Notes under the pieces: generated by a model | Seen by the model: the letters and a program-made list of their open reading frames with translations, nothing else | Database searches by the model: none | Told to the model about the DNA's origin: nothing | Source: Saprolegnia diclina VS20 | Lineage: Eukaryota | Assembly: GCF_000281045.1 (NCBI RefSeq) | Contig: NW_008246070.1 | Span: 648,954-712,953, forward strand | Direction: 5' to 3' | DNA: 64,000 nt | Shown here: in pieces, positions 36,301 to 48,782 of the stretch | Numbering within the stretch: the first letter of the stretch is position 1 | Layout: every line of letters starts with the position of its first letter | Translations under genes and position numbers: made by a program

Positions 36301-36916
36301 ACTGTCGCGTCACGTGGCCAAGAAAGCCAACGAGATGGCGTCGATGATGGTGCACGAACTAGCGTCCAAGTCCATTCGAGGCGCGCCGACGGCCATCGCC
36401 AAGCCGACGCCGCCTGCAATAAAAGCTCCGCCGTCGCCCCGCGGAAACAAGGAGCCGCCGACACTGTACAAAATCGGTGTCAAGCGGCCGCTGCCAACGG
36501 CACCGCACACGCCGTTCAATGGAGCGCTAGAGTCGCATGCTGCGGGGCGCCAACGCGCGAGCCGACCGAGTATGATGCTCTCCAACGGAGCGCCGGCACC
36601 TTCGACGCGTATGGAGGACGACAGCAGCAAGACAGAAATGCTCTTCCGCGTGACGGCGCTTGGCAGTCCGACAGCCAAACCGGCATTTGCGGTGGCCGCC
36701 GACTCGAATCTACAAGTCCTCGTGCGACAGCCCACCAAAGGCATGCACGATGTCTTCAAGGTCACGGGCGTTGCGCAGTCAGGTATCAAAGTAGTGGTGA
36801 AAACGACGCCCAAGAAGACGGGATCCCCGATCAAACCGCCGGTCCCCCACCCCCCAATAGTCGCGCCGGCGCCCCCCCGCCTCGGCATTGTATCCAAATC
36901 GGTGCCGCGTAGATAG
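33389..36916 (+). CDS. Hypothetical protein, paralogue A: conserved helical (possibly EF-hand-derived) domain plus long low-complexity tail
   Basis: Spliced core FW...Y..L.LRIHKVL.E.FD.......DDW..D......Y..FHLSLFEL.DIWCDS...DDY..LLYLIL.GI; long final exon to 36916. Confidence 0.6.
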
Positions 36917-37202
36917 GAGCAGCAAATCGTGTCACTCGTAACCAAGCTGGCTTCAAAGTTAAGGTCTGCGAGGGTGAGCACATGTATTTCACAAGGCGTT
37001 CGCCTACGAGAGAGCTCCGTGGTGCTTTTGGAGATAGCACCTTCGAGAAGACGTCAGTAGCGAGTTCATCGTCCACGCAATGTGCCTGTGCGCCGTCTTG
37101 AACTGCATCTAACTGCAGAAGGTCCACACAAACCAGTTTCAGTGTAACGCTGTGCAAGAGCCATTTTTGGCTGTGAGTCTTGAAGTCGGGCCATGGAGCA
37201 CA

Positions 37203-40152
37203 ATGAACCTACCCCGAATGCATGAGCCCTCCGCCGCCTCTAGTGACCACAACCGCGGCCAGCTGCACAGTGATGCGATACGGCGGCTTAGCTCGATGAA
37301 AGAAGTCGACAGAGCCCACCTCGTCGCGGTGCGCCAGGATGCGATGCGACTCGTGACCGAAGGGTTTGTTCAGCTGCCAGATCCGCACTCATGCTGAGTG
37401 TTTAGCATTGTCGAAGTCGACATGGAATCCCCAGCGTCGTACGACAGGCAAGGCGACCTCGCCTACTACTCGGAGGTGCGCCACGTTGACAGACACTGCT
37501 CCACACCTATACCACTAGGAAAGCCTCCAACTGCGCCTGGCGCTGCGCGAAAACCCGCTTCTCTTGCGGCTCACGCAAACGTTCTGGAGCCTCACGAACG
37601 TCGACGTCGAGGCGACCATGACCTTTACAGACTATAGCGACATCATGGTACGCGTGCACAAGATCCTCAACGAACACTTTGACGCGCAAACGACGCTGCT
37701 TTCGATCGAGGTGGACGCCATTCGGTAGCCAACTGCTTGACTCTGCGTAGGACGATTGGGCAAGCGATACAAAGGGTACCAATGTCCTCCCATACGACGC
37801 ATTTCACCTCTCATTGTACGAGCTTGTGGGTACGTCGTTCCCTTTACTTCAAAGCATCACCGCAGCGGTCTCTAGATCTCTGGTGCGACTCAGTCAAGGT
37901 GGATGATGTACGTACTACGGGCTTTTGTTTCTGTGACCACCGTCTCAGCCGCGTCTAGTACGTCTCGCTGCTCTACTTGATCCTCACGGGCATCACCAAC
38001 GTCGAAGATCATCATCTCTTCTTCCGGGAAGTCCAAGGTACTTTCTGACAGTCTTGTCATTTGAGATGCAGTAACCGGGTTGCGCAGATGTACTCTACGT
38101 GGACGTCACAGAAGGTGACCAGCGCACGTCCATGGCCGACATTGAGCTCGCACTCGACGACTTGAACCAAATTGGCCCGAAACGTTGTTTCTTCAATTTC
38201 CCAAGTGACCACAACTCAGGGTGACTTACAGGACCTGTCAAGCCCTCCAGCCCAAAACCAAAAGCGAAGTCGGCAACGCCAGTTGCACCGCTTTCCCGTG
38301 TCGAGTCGCCACCGCCTCGCGGTAGATACCGCACGCTCTGTGTATCCCTGTCAAGTGATTTCTTAGAGCCGTCTCCGCGCAAGAAGGATCGTGGGCTTAC
38401 CACGCCAGCGACCGACGGGGAGGAAGTCAGAGCCGAGGTACCACAGCGTACATCGTCCCCGGACCGCAAGACGACGACGACGCCGGGACTGCGACTGACA
38501 ACGCCAGCTACAGCGCCGTTCAACGCAAAGACTGTGACCGAGACAACGCTATTCCCGATGGAAGGGACAGCACCGGTGGTCGCCGACAAACCAGCATCGC
38601 CCCCGAAAGACACCAAGGAAGTAGCACGTGCCCGCGCTCGACAAGTCGAGAATCTCCCAGCAATCGCACATAAGGACGTGGGTGTTGCGTTCTCGCAAAC
38701 GAAAACTCAATCGTCGCTAGGACCACGAGCAAACCACGGATGTCGTTGATGACGGCAGCGACGTCACCACCCCAATGACGACGCACGACGAGCAAGAGAA
38801 GCTTGTCGACGCAGCGCCACTCGTTCGGCGTCGATCCACGGTTATTGCAACCGTCGAGTCGGTGCCGCTCGTGCGTACGTAACGCGCAACAAAATACGTG
38901 CGAACGCATGCGCGTAGGCCGTGACTTTGGCGGCTTTTCCATCATGTCGGCACGAGACGACGCTGGCCCAAGTTACGCTACGGTGACGGTGATCGTGTCG
39001 CGCCAAATCCCCAAAGATGACGGTGATGATGACACCTCGGACGCCACGACCGACGCGCTATGGCGAAACGAGAGAGATCCCAAGCGCGATGAAGCGATCG
39101 CCAAGGCGTTCAGCGTCCAGAACCGTGCGTCACTGACGCGGCCACTGACGCCGCCGTCATTTTCAGGGCCGTTCGCATCGCCGCCAAAGCGAGTCGAGAC
39201 GGAGCGCGTGCACGGGCGACAGGGTGCGCGCAAACTGCACGAAGCGCACGTCGAGAAGGTCCACGCTTTGGCCCAAGAGACCCTCGGCGGCGTCGAGGAG
39301 ACCAGAGCCAAGAGCGATGCAGAGCCTCCGCAAATCTCCAGCGCCCTTGGCAATGGAACGACGGGTCTGCGCGAAGTAGTCGACAGCGCTGTCATCGATG
39401 ACGATCTCTGCGTGCAAGTACCGCCGCTCAATGCAAGCGACCTGCGTAGCGAGCGCCGTCGTAGCTCGAGTGTTAGCGTTGAAGACAAGATCAAGCTCAC
39501 GGCATTGTTGGCGGCCGTGCGTCTCCAGTGGCACAGCAACACCGAGTCAGTTGGTACGAGTGTCGTCGAGAGTCTCCAAGGACAAACCATCGCACGACTT
39601 CCACCGATGACGCATTCGCCGCCAAAGCCATTGCTGGCAACAACGCCACCAGCAACGATCTCGTCCAAGGTGCTCCCTGCGATCGAGTCGCCCCCTAAAG
39701 AGTCGCAGCTCCTCGAGCCACAGCCCGTGACACCACGCGCCAAGCTGGTGCAACGTCTCGTGCCAGACCCGCTGGTGCGCAAGTTTCGCGTTCGGAAAGA
39801 AGCGCTCATTGTTGACCCGCCTTGCAGCCCCGGACGGCAGGCGAAGACCTTGGAGGCCATTTCCACCATATCGAGTCCCCCCAAGTTGGCACAATCGCCA
39901 GAGAAAACCCATCCAAAAGGATCCTACGAGCCCGTGCACTTGACGCCGCTCGCGCTGAGCACCAAGGGCAGCGGTGCGACGCCGCGGGAAAGCCAGCCCC
40001 CGTTACCAGCAAAAGTGGAGAAGAAGTCGCACAAGCCGGCGCGGGTGCAGCACGAGGGCTCCATGAAGTTCATTGCGCTCGTCAAACCACAAGCACCATC
40101 TGCCACCGACTTTGTCCATATCACCGCCGTTGTTCCAGCTCTCAACCAGTAA
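37203..40152 (+). CDS. Hypothetical protein, paralogue B of the preceding gene
   Basis: Spliced core FW...VRVHKILNEHFD...DDWASD...YDAFHLSLYELVDLWCDSVKVDDYVSLLYLILTGI, followed by a Pro/Ser-rich tail ending at 40152. Confidence 0.6.
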
Positions 40153-40607
40153 CTCACGACGCTATTTATTCACATTTCGGCGTCGCCACAGTTGGCTTGC
40201 GTATGGTAGAGGCACTGCAGGATGTGGTCACGTATCCTCGATAAAGCCGACCAAACGTGATTGCAACATCTTACTCTTCGGAGAGGCTGGCCACACGCTT
40301 GACGAATGGAGGTGTATCTTGCCGCTACAGATGGTTTGGTGCGATCTTTCCAAGTGAATCTGGTGAGAGTCCGTCTGGGGTCGGTCGATCTGCGCCACGT
40401 CCGGGTGTGTTAGTATCGTTCCGACGGCCAAACTACTAGCGCGGCCGTGGACTTTGAGCCACGTGCAGTCAGTGGCTTGTGACGGCTTCAAGGTACACAC
40501 GGGACCAGAAAATGGCATCGGTCGCCCCCAGCCGCACGTCTGGTCTACAATGAAACGCCCACTCTCGCCAGCCTGACCATTTTACGCAGCTGCGACAGTT
40601 ACTCGAT

Positions 40608-40627
40608 TATCCGGATGCATCCGGATA
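40608..40627. repeat. Perfect 20-bp palindrome TATCCGGATGCATCCGGATA
   Basis: The sequence equals its own reverse complement and ends 31 bp upstream of the CLC ATG at 40659. Confidence 0.9.
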
Positions 40628-40658
40628 CTTACACCACACCGAAACGTCTCACAATCAA

Positions 40659-42999
40659 ATGCGAGCCGAAGCCGAACGCCGATTGAGTTTGCACGAGTTC
40701 ACGGAGCGTGTGCTGGCAGCGTCTGGTGACAGCACGTCGGCGCAGAGCCCTCGGACGCGCTTCGAGTCGGTCGTTACGGTCGCCAACGACGACGATGTCG
40801 ACGCTGCGTTGACGCCAGCGCGCTCGGACCGCTGGCGCGTCGCTGCCTTCCTCCTCCTTCTGGGCTTCGTCGGTGGTGCTCTCCACGTGCTCTGTGCTTG
40901 GTACTTTAAGCTACTCGAGGCGGCCCTCATCCAGCGTTGTAGGCTCATTGATGCGCTTCTGCGAGTGCGCGCTACCGCAATGGATCAAGTCTCACCGATT
41001 GCTGCGTACAGCCTTTGGACGCTATACACACTTGTGTTTCTCGTCGTCGCTGTGGTCTTGACGCGCCTCTCGCCATCGGCCGCAGGTCGGCGCCCGCCCA
41101 AAGCTTGCTCAACTCATAGTGTGGCCGCGTAGGCTCGGGGATTGCTCAAATGAAAACGGTGCTGACGGGCATCGACCCCACGTTGTACCTACCGGGGTAC
41201 TTTTCGCTTCGAACGCTGTGTGCCAAGCTGGGCGGCTTGATCGCGGCCAATGGCGCGGGCTTGCAGATCGGAACCGAAGGGGCCTTTGTGCACATCATGG
41301 CGATCGTCGCGACGGCGTTGCTCCAGCTTCGACCGTTTGCTTCGCTGCAAGACCGCCTCTCGGTGCGTCTCCAGCTTCTCGCTGCGTCGGCGGCCGTGGC
41401 CGTTTCGTCCGCCTTTGGGTCCCCTATCGGTGGCGTCCTCTTCTCGATTGAAGTCACGGCAACGTACTACCTCATCTCCAACTACCTCAAGGCTTTTGTG
41501 TCGTCGGTCGCTGCGGCCGCCATGGTGCTGTGGATGAATCGCGCGTTGGCCAGAGTCGAAGGGCTCGCGCTGTCGGCCACGCGACCATCTCAAGCGCCGC
41601 CATCGCTTTTGGACTTGCCGCTCGCAATTCTTCTTGGTACGCTCCACTTTGCCGCGTCCACGTGGGTCATGGATGCGTAGGTGCTGCCATGGGCGTCCTC
41701 AGCACCATCTTGCAGTGTGCCACGCAGTGGCTCGCGCTTCGGCGACGTCAGTGGGGCGCGTCACCGCTTCGCCACGTAAGGTTCTTTGTTCAATGGCTCG
41801 ACCCGCTCCTCGTTGGTCTCGTCACCGCGTCCAGCACGTACGTTGTGACCCGCAACCACGCCCTCCTCTCGCTCTCTCAGCTTCTGTCGCCTGGCGACCT
41901 CGGGTCGCTCCCGGGCGTCGCTGCCACCGGCGCCATCCCGCTTTTCCTCCTTCCGCTTTCGATTACGCTCAAGTTCCCCACCGGCGTCTGGCTCCCAACC
42001 TTTGTCGGTGGTGCAGCTTGCGGACGACTCTTTGGCATCGCTGCCGCATCGCTCTTCCCGTCGCACATGACGCTCGGTCGTCACGGGTTCGCGCTCGTCG
42101 GCGCGGCGGGCCTCACAGGTGCCTCAACGCGCACAGTTTCGGCGGCGGTGATCACACTCGAGCTCACGGGTAACTTTGACGCGCTCCTGCCCGTGCTCGC
42201 CGGCGTCTTGGCGGCCATTGGTGTCTCGAGCCTCGGGGGGTGGCCGTCCATTTACGACATCCTCGTCGAAGCCAACGCGCTGCCGTACCTTCCGCTCATG
42301 GAATTTCAGCGGCACCAGACAGTGGCCGATATTCTGCACGAGCGCGTCGTGTACGTCTCGAGCCGCTCGTCCGTGCTGCAGCTGCTGCTCGCGCTCAATC
42401 GGCTGCCGAGCCACGAGATCCCGGTCGTCGACATCGACCAAAAGCTTCTCGGTGTCGTCGGCAAAGGCGACCTCCAGCTGCTCGTGCGGCGCTTCTACGA
42501 CGCACGCGGTCTCTCGGGCTGCGAACGCGACTGGGGCGACAGCGGCAGTGACGAGGACGCTACTGACACGGCGCGTCACTCGGTGCCCAAGGGCGGTGTG
42601 TGGTCCAACCCCCTTTTGCGCTCCGGTCGGACAGCGCCGACGCTCGACCACATTTACACGACGCTGCACCGCCGGCCGTCGTCGTCTGCGACGAGTCTTC
42701 TCCGCGGCGACGGTCTGTACCCGGTGCACCCTGCGATGCTCATGAACGACGACAAGATGACTGCGCTCCTCAGCCACGAGTGGTCAATAGATAAGCTCGA
42801 CGCTCTCGCGACCGAGGTCGATGTCACGACCGAGTGTGTGATCCGGCCGTTGGCCATGACGCTGGTCGCCGAGACGACGCTCGAAGATGTGCACATGCTC
42901 TTTACGATGCTGCGCATGGACCACTGCTACGTCACGGCGCTCGGGAAGCTCCAAGGCGTCGTGACAACGCGCGCACTCATCAAAGCCGCAACCAAGTAG
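40659..42999 (+). CDS. Second CLC chloride channel with two CBS domains and divergent filter motifs
   Basis: Motifs GSGIAQMK (across intron about 41086-41132), [22 protein letters not shown] and PSIYD. CBS motifs IPVVD...LLGVV and HMLFTML......VT..GKLQGVV. Confidence 0.88.
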
Positions 43000-44343
43000 C
43001 AAGCTCCGTTGCACGTTAACTAATGCCTTGCTTTTTTGACGAATTATGGGACGTATGGGGCCTCGATTACGATGCCAAGGAGAGGTAGCAGTTCCACCAC
43101 ACGGCGACGGCGTTGCCTACGCAGTGGAAGGAGCCATACATGCAGGCGCGTTTATACCCCAGAGAACACGCAAGTGCGGCGGGACGTAGTTGAACGAGAG
43201 GTATTGCGTCAGCGTCCAGACCTGAGTTACGAGATAGACAAAGCGGGAGACGTCACCCGAAGCTTACCTTCCAGTTCATCCAGAGCGCAGTGATGTACTT
43301 GGTGCGCACGAGTGTTTTGGACGCTGCGACCGACGCGCCCGTCAAGAGCGACAACTAGAACCCAAGGTATGCGAGGAAGAGATAGGACATCGCGTACCGT
43401 GAAGAGCGTCAAGGCCAAGAAAGGGGGCGTGAGAAGGAGACGGTCAAACAAAAGCTTGCCGTTGTTCGACTACAAGGGCGAGATGACGACGATGATAGGA
43501 CAACAGTGGTGCACCAGGCGGTCGCCGCGGACTCGGCATTGCTCGAGAAAGCCATACCACGCGTGCATGACGGGCGCCGTGATCCCGCCGCTAGATGCCA
43601 TACATTCGTCTACCTGCGCAGTCGTATCTTCTATCAACCTGTAGAGAGCAAACGCCAGGATACGCTGGAGCGAAAGGCCCTACGCCGAGTGGTCGTGGTG
43701 CCATGGAAGGAAGAATGAGATGGCATACTTGGAGAGACTTGTGCTTGAGGCCGTGCGCTAGTGCATTGCATGAGGCGGAGCGATGACATGAAGGGCGTAC
43801 CAACGATTTCGCCAAAGGCGCCCATGGCTGCGGATGTGATCGCCTTGGTCCTACAGAGAGAGCTCGCAAGCTGCAGATGACCATGGGCGGGCGTACTGGA
43901 GCGGCCGCTTCTGCAGCGCTGCTTGGTAGTGCTATCTCAAGCATCGTGCGCCCTGTACATGCATGCGGTAAGCCGTACCTGCCACATGGAGACCGCGTCG
44001 GCCTTGGTCCGCTTCTTCTCGCTCATCTGGTTCGGATATGCTGCAAAGATCGCCGTTTGTCATCCGGTTAAACTCCATAGAAAAAGCAAGCAAATTAGAA
44101 AGCATTATCTATTGCTCGATTGCGACCGCGAGGTCGGTGGCGTCCTGAGCGTCGACCCACCACATTGCGCTTGTGGCTTGTGGCTTGCGGCAAGCAGCAC
44201 GCAGTATACTAGTACCATCTCCTTGGCGCTGCATGCGATCGATGAGTCGGTACAATATGCCCGACAGAGTTGGACGATGTAAAGGTGCGTTTTATTAGCC
44301 AACTCCGGCCTGGGCCATTTGGAAAACCGGTGGCGTCAACAAC

Positions 44344-46302
<1,959 letters not shown>

Positions 46303-46563
46303 ACAACTACAACAACATGGTCCATGGACGCTCAATCTCTTAGTTGCACTCTCGGGGGTTCGGCGAACGCGCGAGCAACACATGTGCGCGTGCGGAAGAG
46401 ACACCGTGGGATTTGCCGCGCCTGAGTCTGGTTCCGCTTCGCCGGTTGTGAGCTGTGGGCAGAGGATGCTGGGTGCCAACAGCCAACAGCGAAGAGGAGA
46501 CGAGGCTGTCGACCGTGTCTCTTCTCGGTTGCAAACCGCGGCGTCACTTTCTACTAAATCAGC

Positions 46564-48096
46564 ATGCGATGGCAGGCATACTGGCGTGTGGTCGAACCGA
46601 CCAAGTCGGCCGCCCAAGTCGATGCCGAGGCGTACCTTCTGTACATTGACCTCGGGTCCGATGTCTACTGGCGCGCGTCGTGTCTCCGCTTCCAGCGCTG
46701 GATGCTCTTCCTTGCAGCGTTTGTGTCGCAAATCTGCTGCGGATCCCTCTACGCGTACAGCCTCCTCATCAAGCCGCTCGCGACGCAGCTGCGCGCGACC
46801 GACGAGGCCGTAACGCTGCCGTACTACGTTGCGTACGCGTGCGTCGGTGTCGCCGCCGCCCTCGCCGGCCCGTCCATCGAGCGACATGGACCCCGCGCCG
46901 GTATGTGCCTCGGGGCTTTGCTCATGGCAGGCGGGCACCTCTGCGCCGTGCTCGCAATAGCCTACCAGCGCCCCTTTCTCTTGTACGGCTACGGCGTCTT
47001 GTACGGCGCGGGTGTCGGCATCAACTACGTCACGCCGATTGCGCCGCTGCAAAAATGGTTTCCCGATCTCCGCGGGACGGCCGCGGGCTTTGCGCTTTGC
47101 GGGTTTGGCGCGAGCGGCGTCGTCTGGGGCGGTGTGTACCAGCTCCTCTTGCGCGACGTGGGTGTCCTCTCTGTGTTTGTCGTTGGTGGCCTGGCCATGA
47201 CCCTCTTGCTGCTGCTCTGCGCTTTGGTGCTCCGGACACCGCCGCCGGCCTACCGCGTCCACGGACTCGACATGCACGGCGTCGAAGAATTCGCTGGCGA
47301 CTCGCGACGCGACGGGGTGTGCCTTGTGGACTTTGCCAAGGCCCACGACTACCTCGGGCCCGAGCTCGACGAGAATGAGCGCGTCTACCACGAGCGCATC
47401 CAGCACCAAACTCTGCGCGCGTGCGTCCTGTCCGCCGACTTTGCGTTTCTGTATGCAACGTACATGGCGACCTTTGTCTTTGCCATTGTCTACTTGCCCC
47501 ATTTGTATGATCTCTACCTGCTCCTTGCTAGTACGAGCAGCGAGGCCGAGTCGGACGCGCTCAGCTTTTTGCTGCTCGCGGCGATTTGCAATTTCCTCGG
47601 CCGGCTCGTCTTGCCGATCGCGTCCGACATTGTGATCCGCATCGCGAGTCTCAACCCGCCCTTTGGCCGCAAGCTCGCATTTGGCGTCGCGCTTCTCGTG
47701 CAGAGCATCGTGCTCGGCGTCCTCCCAAGCGTGCTGCGACAGAGAGACGTCGACACGTTTGCGCATATGATGTGGATCACGGCATTCGTCCTCGGTGGCG
47801 CCACGGGCACCTTGCCGTCGCTCTGCACCGACTTGTACGGTGTCTACCACACCGGCACGATGTTTGGCATCCTTCTCACCGGCTCGTCGCTCGTCGGGCT
47901 CGTCGGCGGCTACCTCTTTACGCGCTGCTTTAGCGCCTGGAAAGAAGAGTCCGAGCTCGACGCCTATGTCGCCAACGCGCACTGGGTCCACGCGGTCGTG
48001 CTCAGCGGCCTCCTCTTTGTCTGCCTCGTGCGCACCAACCCCGTCGATCGATTCCAGCATGGCTACACGCTCTGTGGCCACCGCCTTTGTCGGTAG
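46564..48096 (+). CDS. MFS transporter, oxalate:formate antiporter (OFA)-like
   Basis: Intronless 510 aa with about 12 transmembrane segments; motifs G..IERHGPR, QKWFPDLRG.AAG....GFG and NFLGRL. Confidence 0.85.
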   Translation: MRWQAYWRVVEPTKSAAQVDAEAYLLYIDLGSDVYWRASCLRFQRWMLFLAAFVSQICCGSLYAYSLLIKPLATQLRATDEAVTLPYYVAYACVGVAAALAGPSIERHGPRAGMCLGALLMAGGHLCAVLAIAYQRPFLLYGYGVLYGAGVGINYVTPIAPLQKWFPDLRGTAAGFALCGFGASGVVWGGVYQLLLRDVGVLSVFVVGGLAMTLLLLLCALVLRTPPPAYRVHGLDMHGVEEFAGDSRRDGVCLVDFAKAHDYLGPELDENERVYHERIQHQTLRACVLSADFAFLYATYMATFVFAIVYLPHLYDLYLLLASTSSEAESDALSFLLLAAICNFLGRLVLPIASDIVIRIASLNPPFGRKLAFGVALLVQSIVLGVLPSVLRQRDVDTFAHMMWITAFVLGGATGTLPSLCTDLYGVYHTGTMFGILLTGSSLVGLVGGYLFTRCFSAWKEESELDAYVANAHWVHAVVLSGLLFVCLVRTNPVDRFQHGYTLCGHRLCR

Positions 48097-48743
48097 CGTA
48101 GTGGACTCGAGTTCGTCATGTATAAACGAAGCTGCGGCTACTTCTGTCCTCTCGTAGCTTCGAACGTCGGTGCTTGCCTCTTGCCCGCCTGTCTATTGCT
48201 ATCGCCGCCTCGAGACGCCCGGAAGGATGCTGGAATCACGCCATTTCGTGATCGGCGACGACGGAGACCGGACTGTCGCGATGATGATCACCTAGATGGG
48301 CCAACGTTATCATGCGCGCAGCTGGCGTTGATGCAGCACAGCGCAGGGCCACGCTTGGTCGACTCGACACGCGCTTCAACTTGGGCGGCAGCCAATCAGA
48401 TGTGAGTTGGATCCTGCAGCGTTTTTCAACCCTATCAATCGGGTACCTGCTGGGTGCCCTCTCGACGCTGTACAGCGACGCCGAACACGCCGACTGCGTT
48501 CGCTGGCCTTTACAGGATTGGCAAGCGTCATGGTCGCCCGTTGCTTGGGAGGCGGCGCCTTTCTTGGCAACGACCCGGTCTGTTCGAATCCAGTGGTTGC
48601 CTGTCGCAGTGTATATGATACGCTGCATTTTTTCGTGTCGCATACAAACGCTCTATTGTTTTTTTTGCTGATTTTTGAGGCCGATGCTGCGATTGCGATA
48701 CGCCGAGCGCATTGAGGGAAAGTTCGCGCTTGCGAGAAGCTCG

Positions 48744-48756
48744 TCATTTCCAAATT
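48744..48756 (+). promoter_or_regulatory. Oomycete-type Inr+FPR core promoter element (TCATTTCCAAATT)
   Basis: Matches the TCAYTY-nnn-WTTY-type consensus and lies about 30 bp upstream of ATG 48783. A related TCATTTCCCATCT sits at 59682 before copy 4. Confidence 0.6.
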
Positions 48757-48782
48757 GCGTCGGCACCCCACATCGACTCCAC

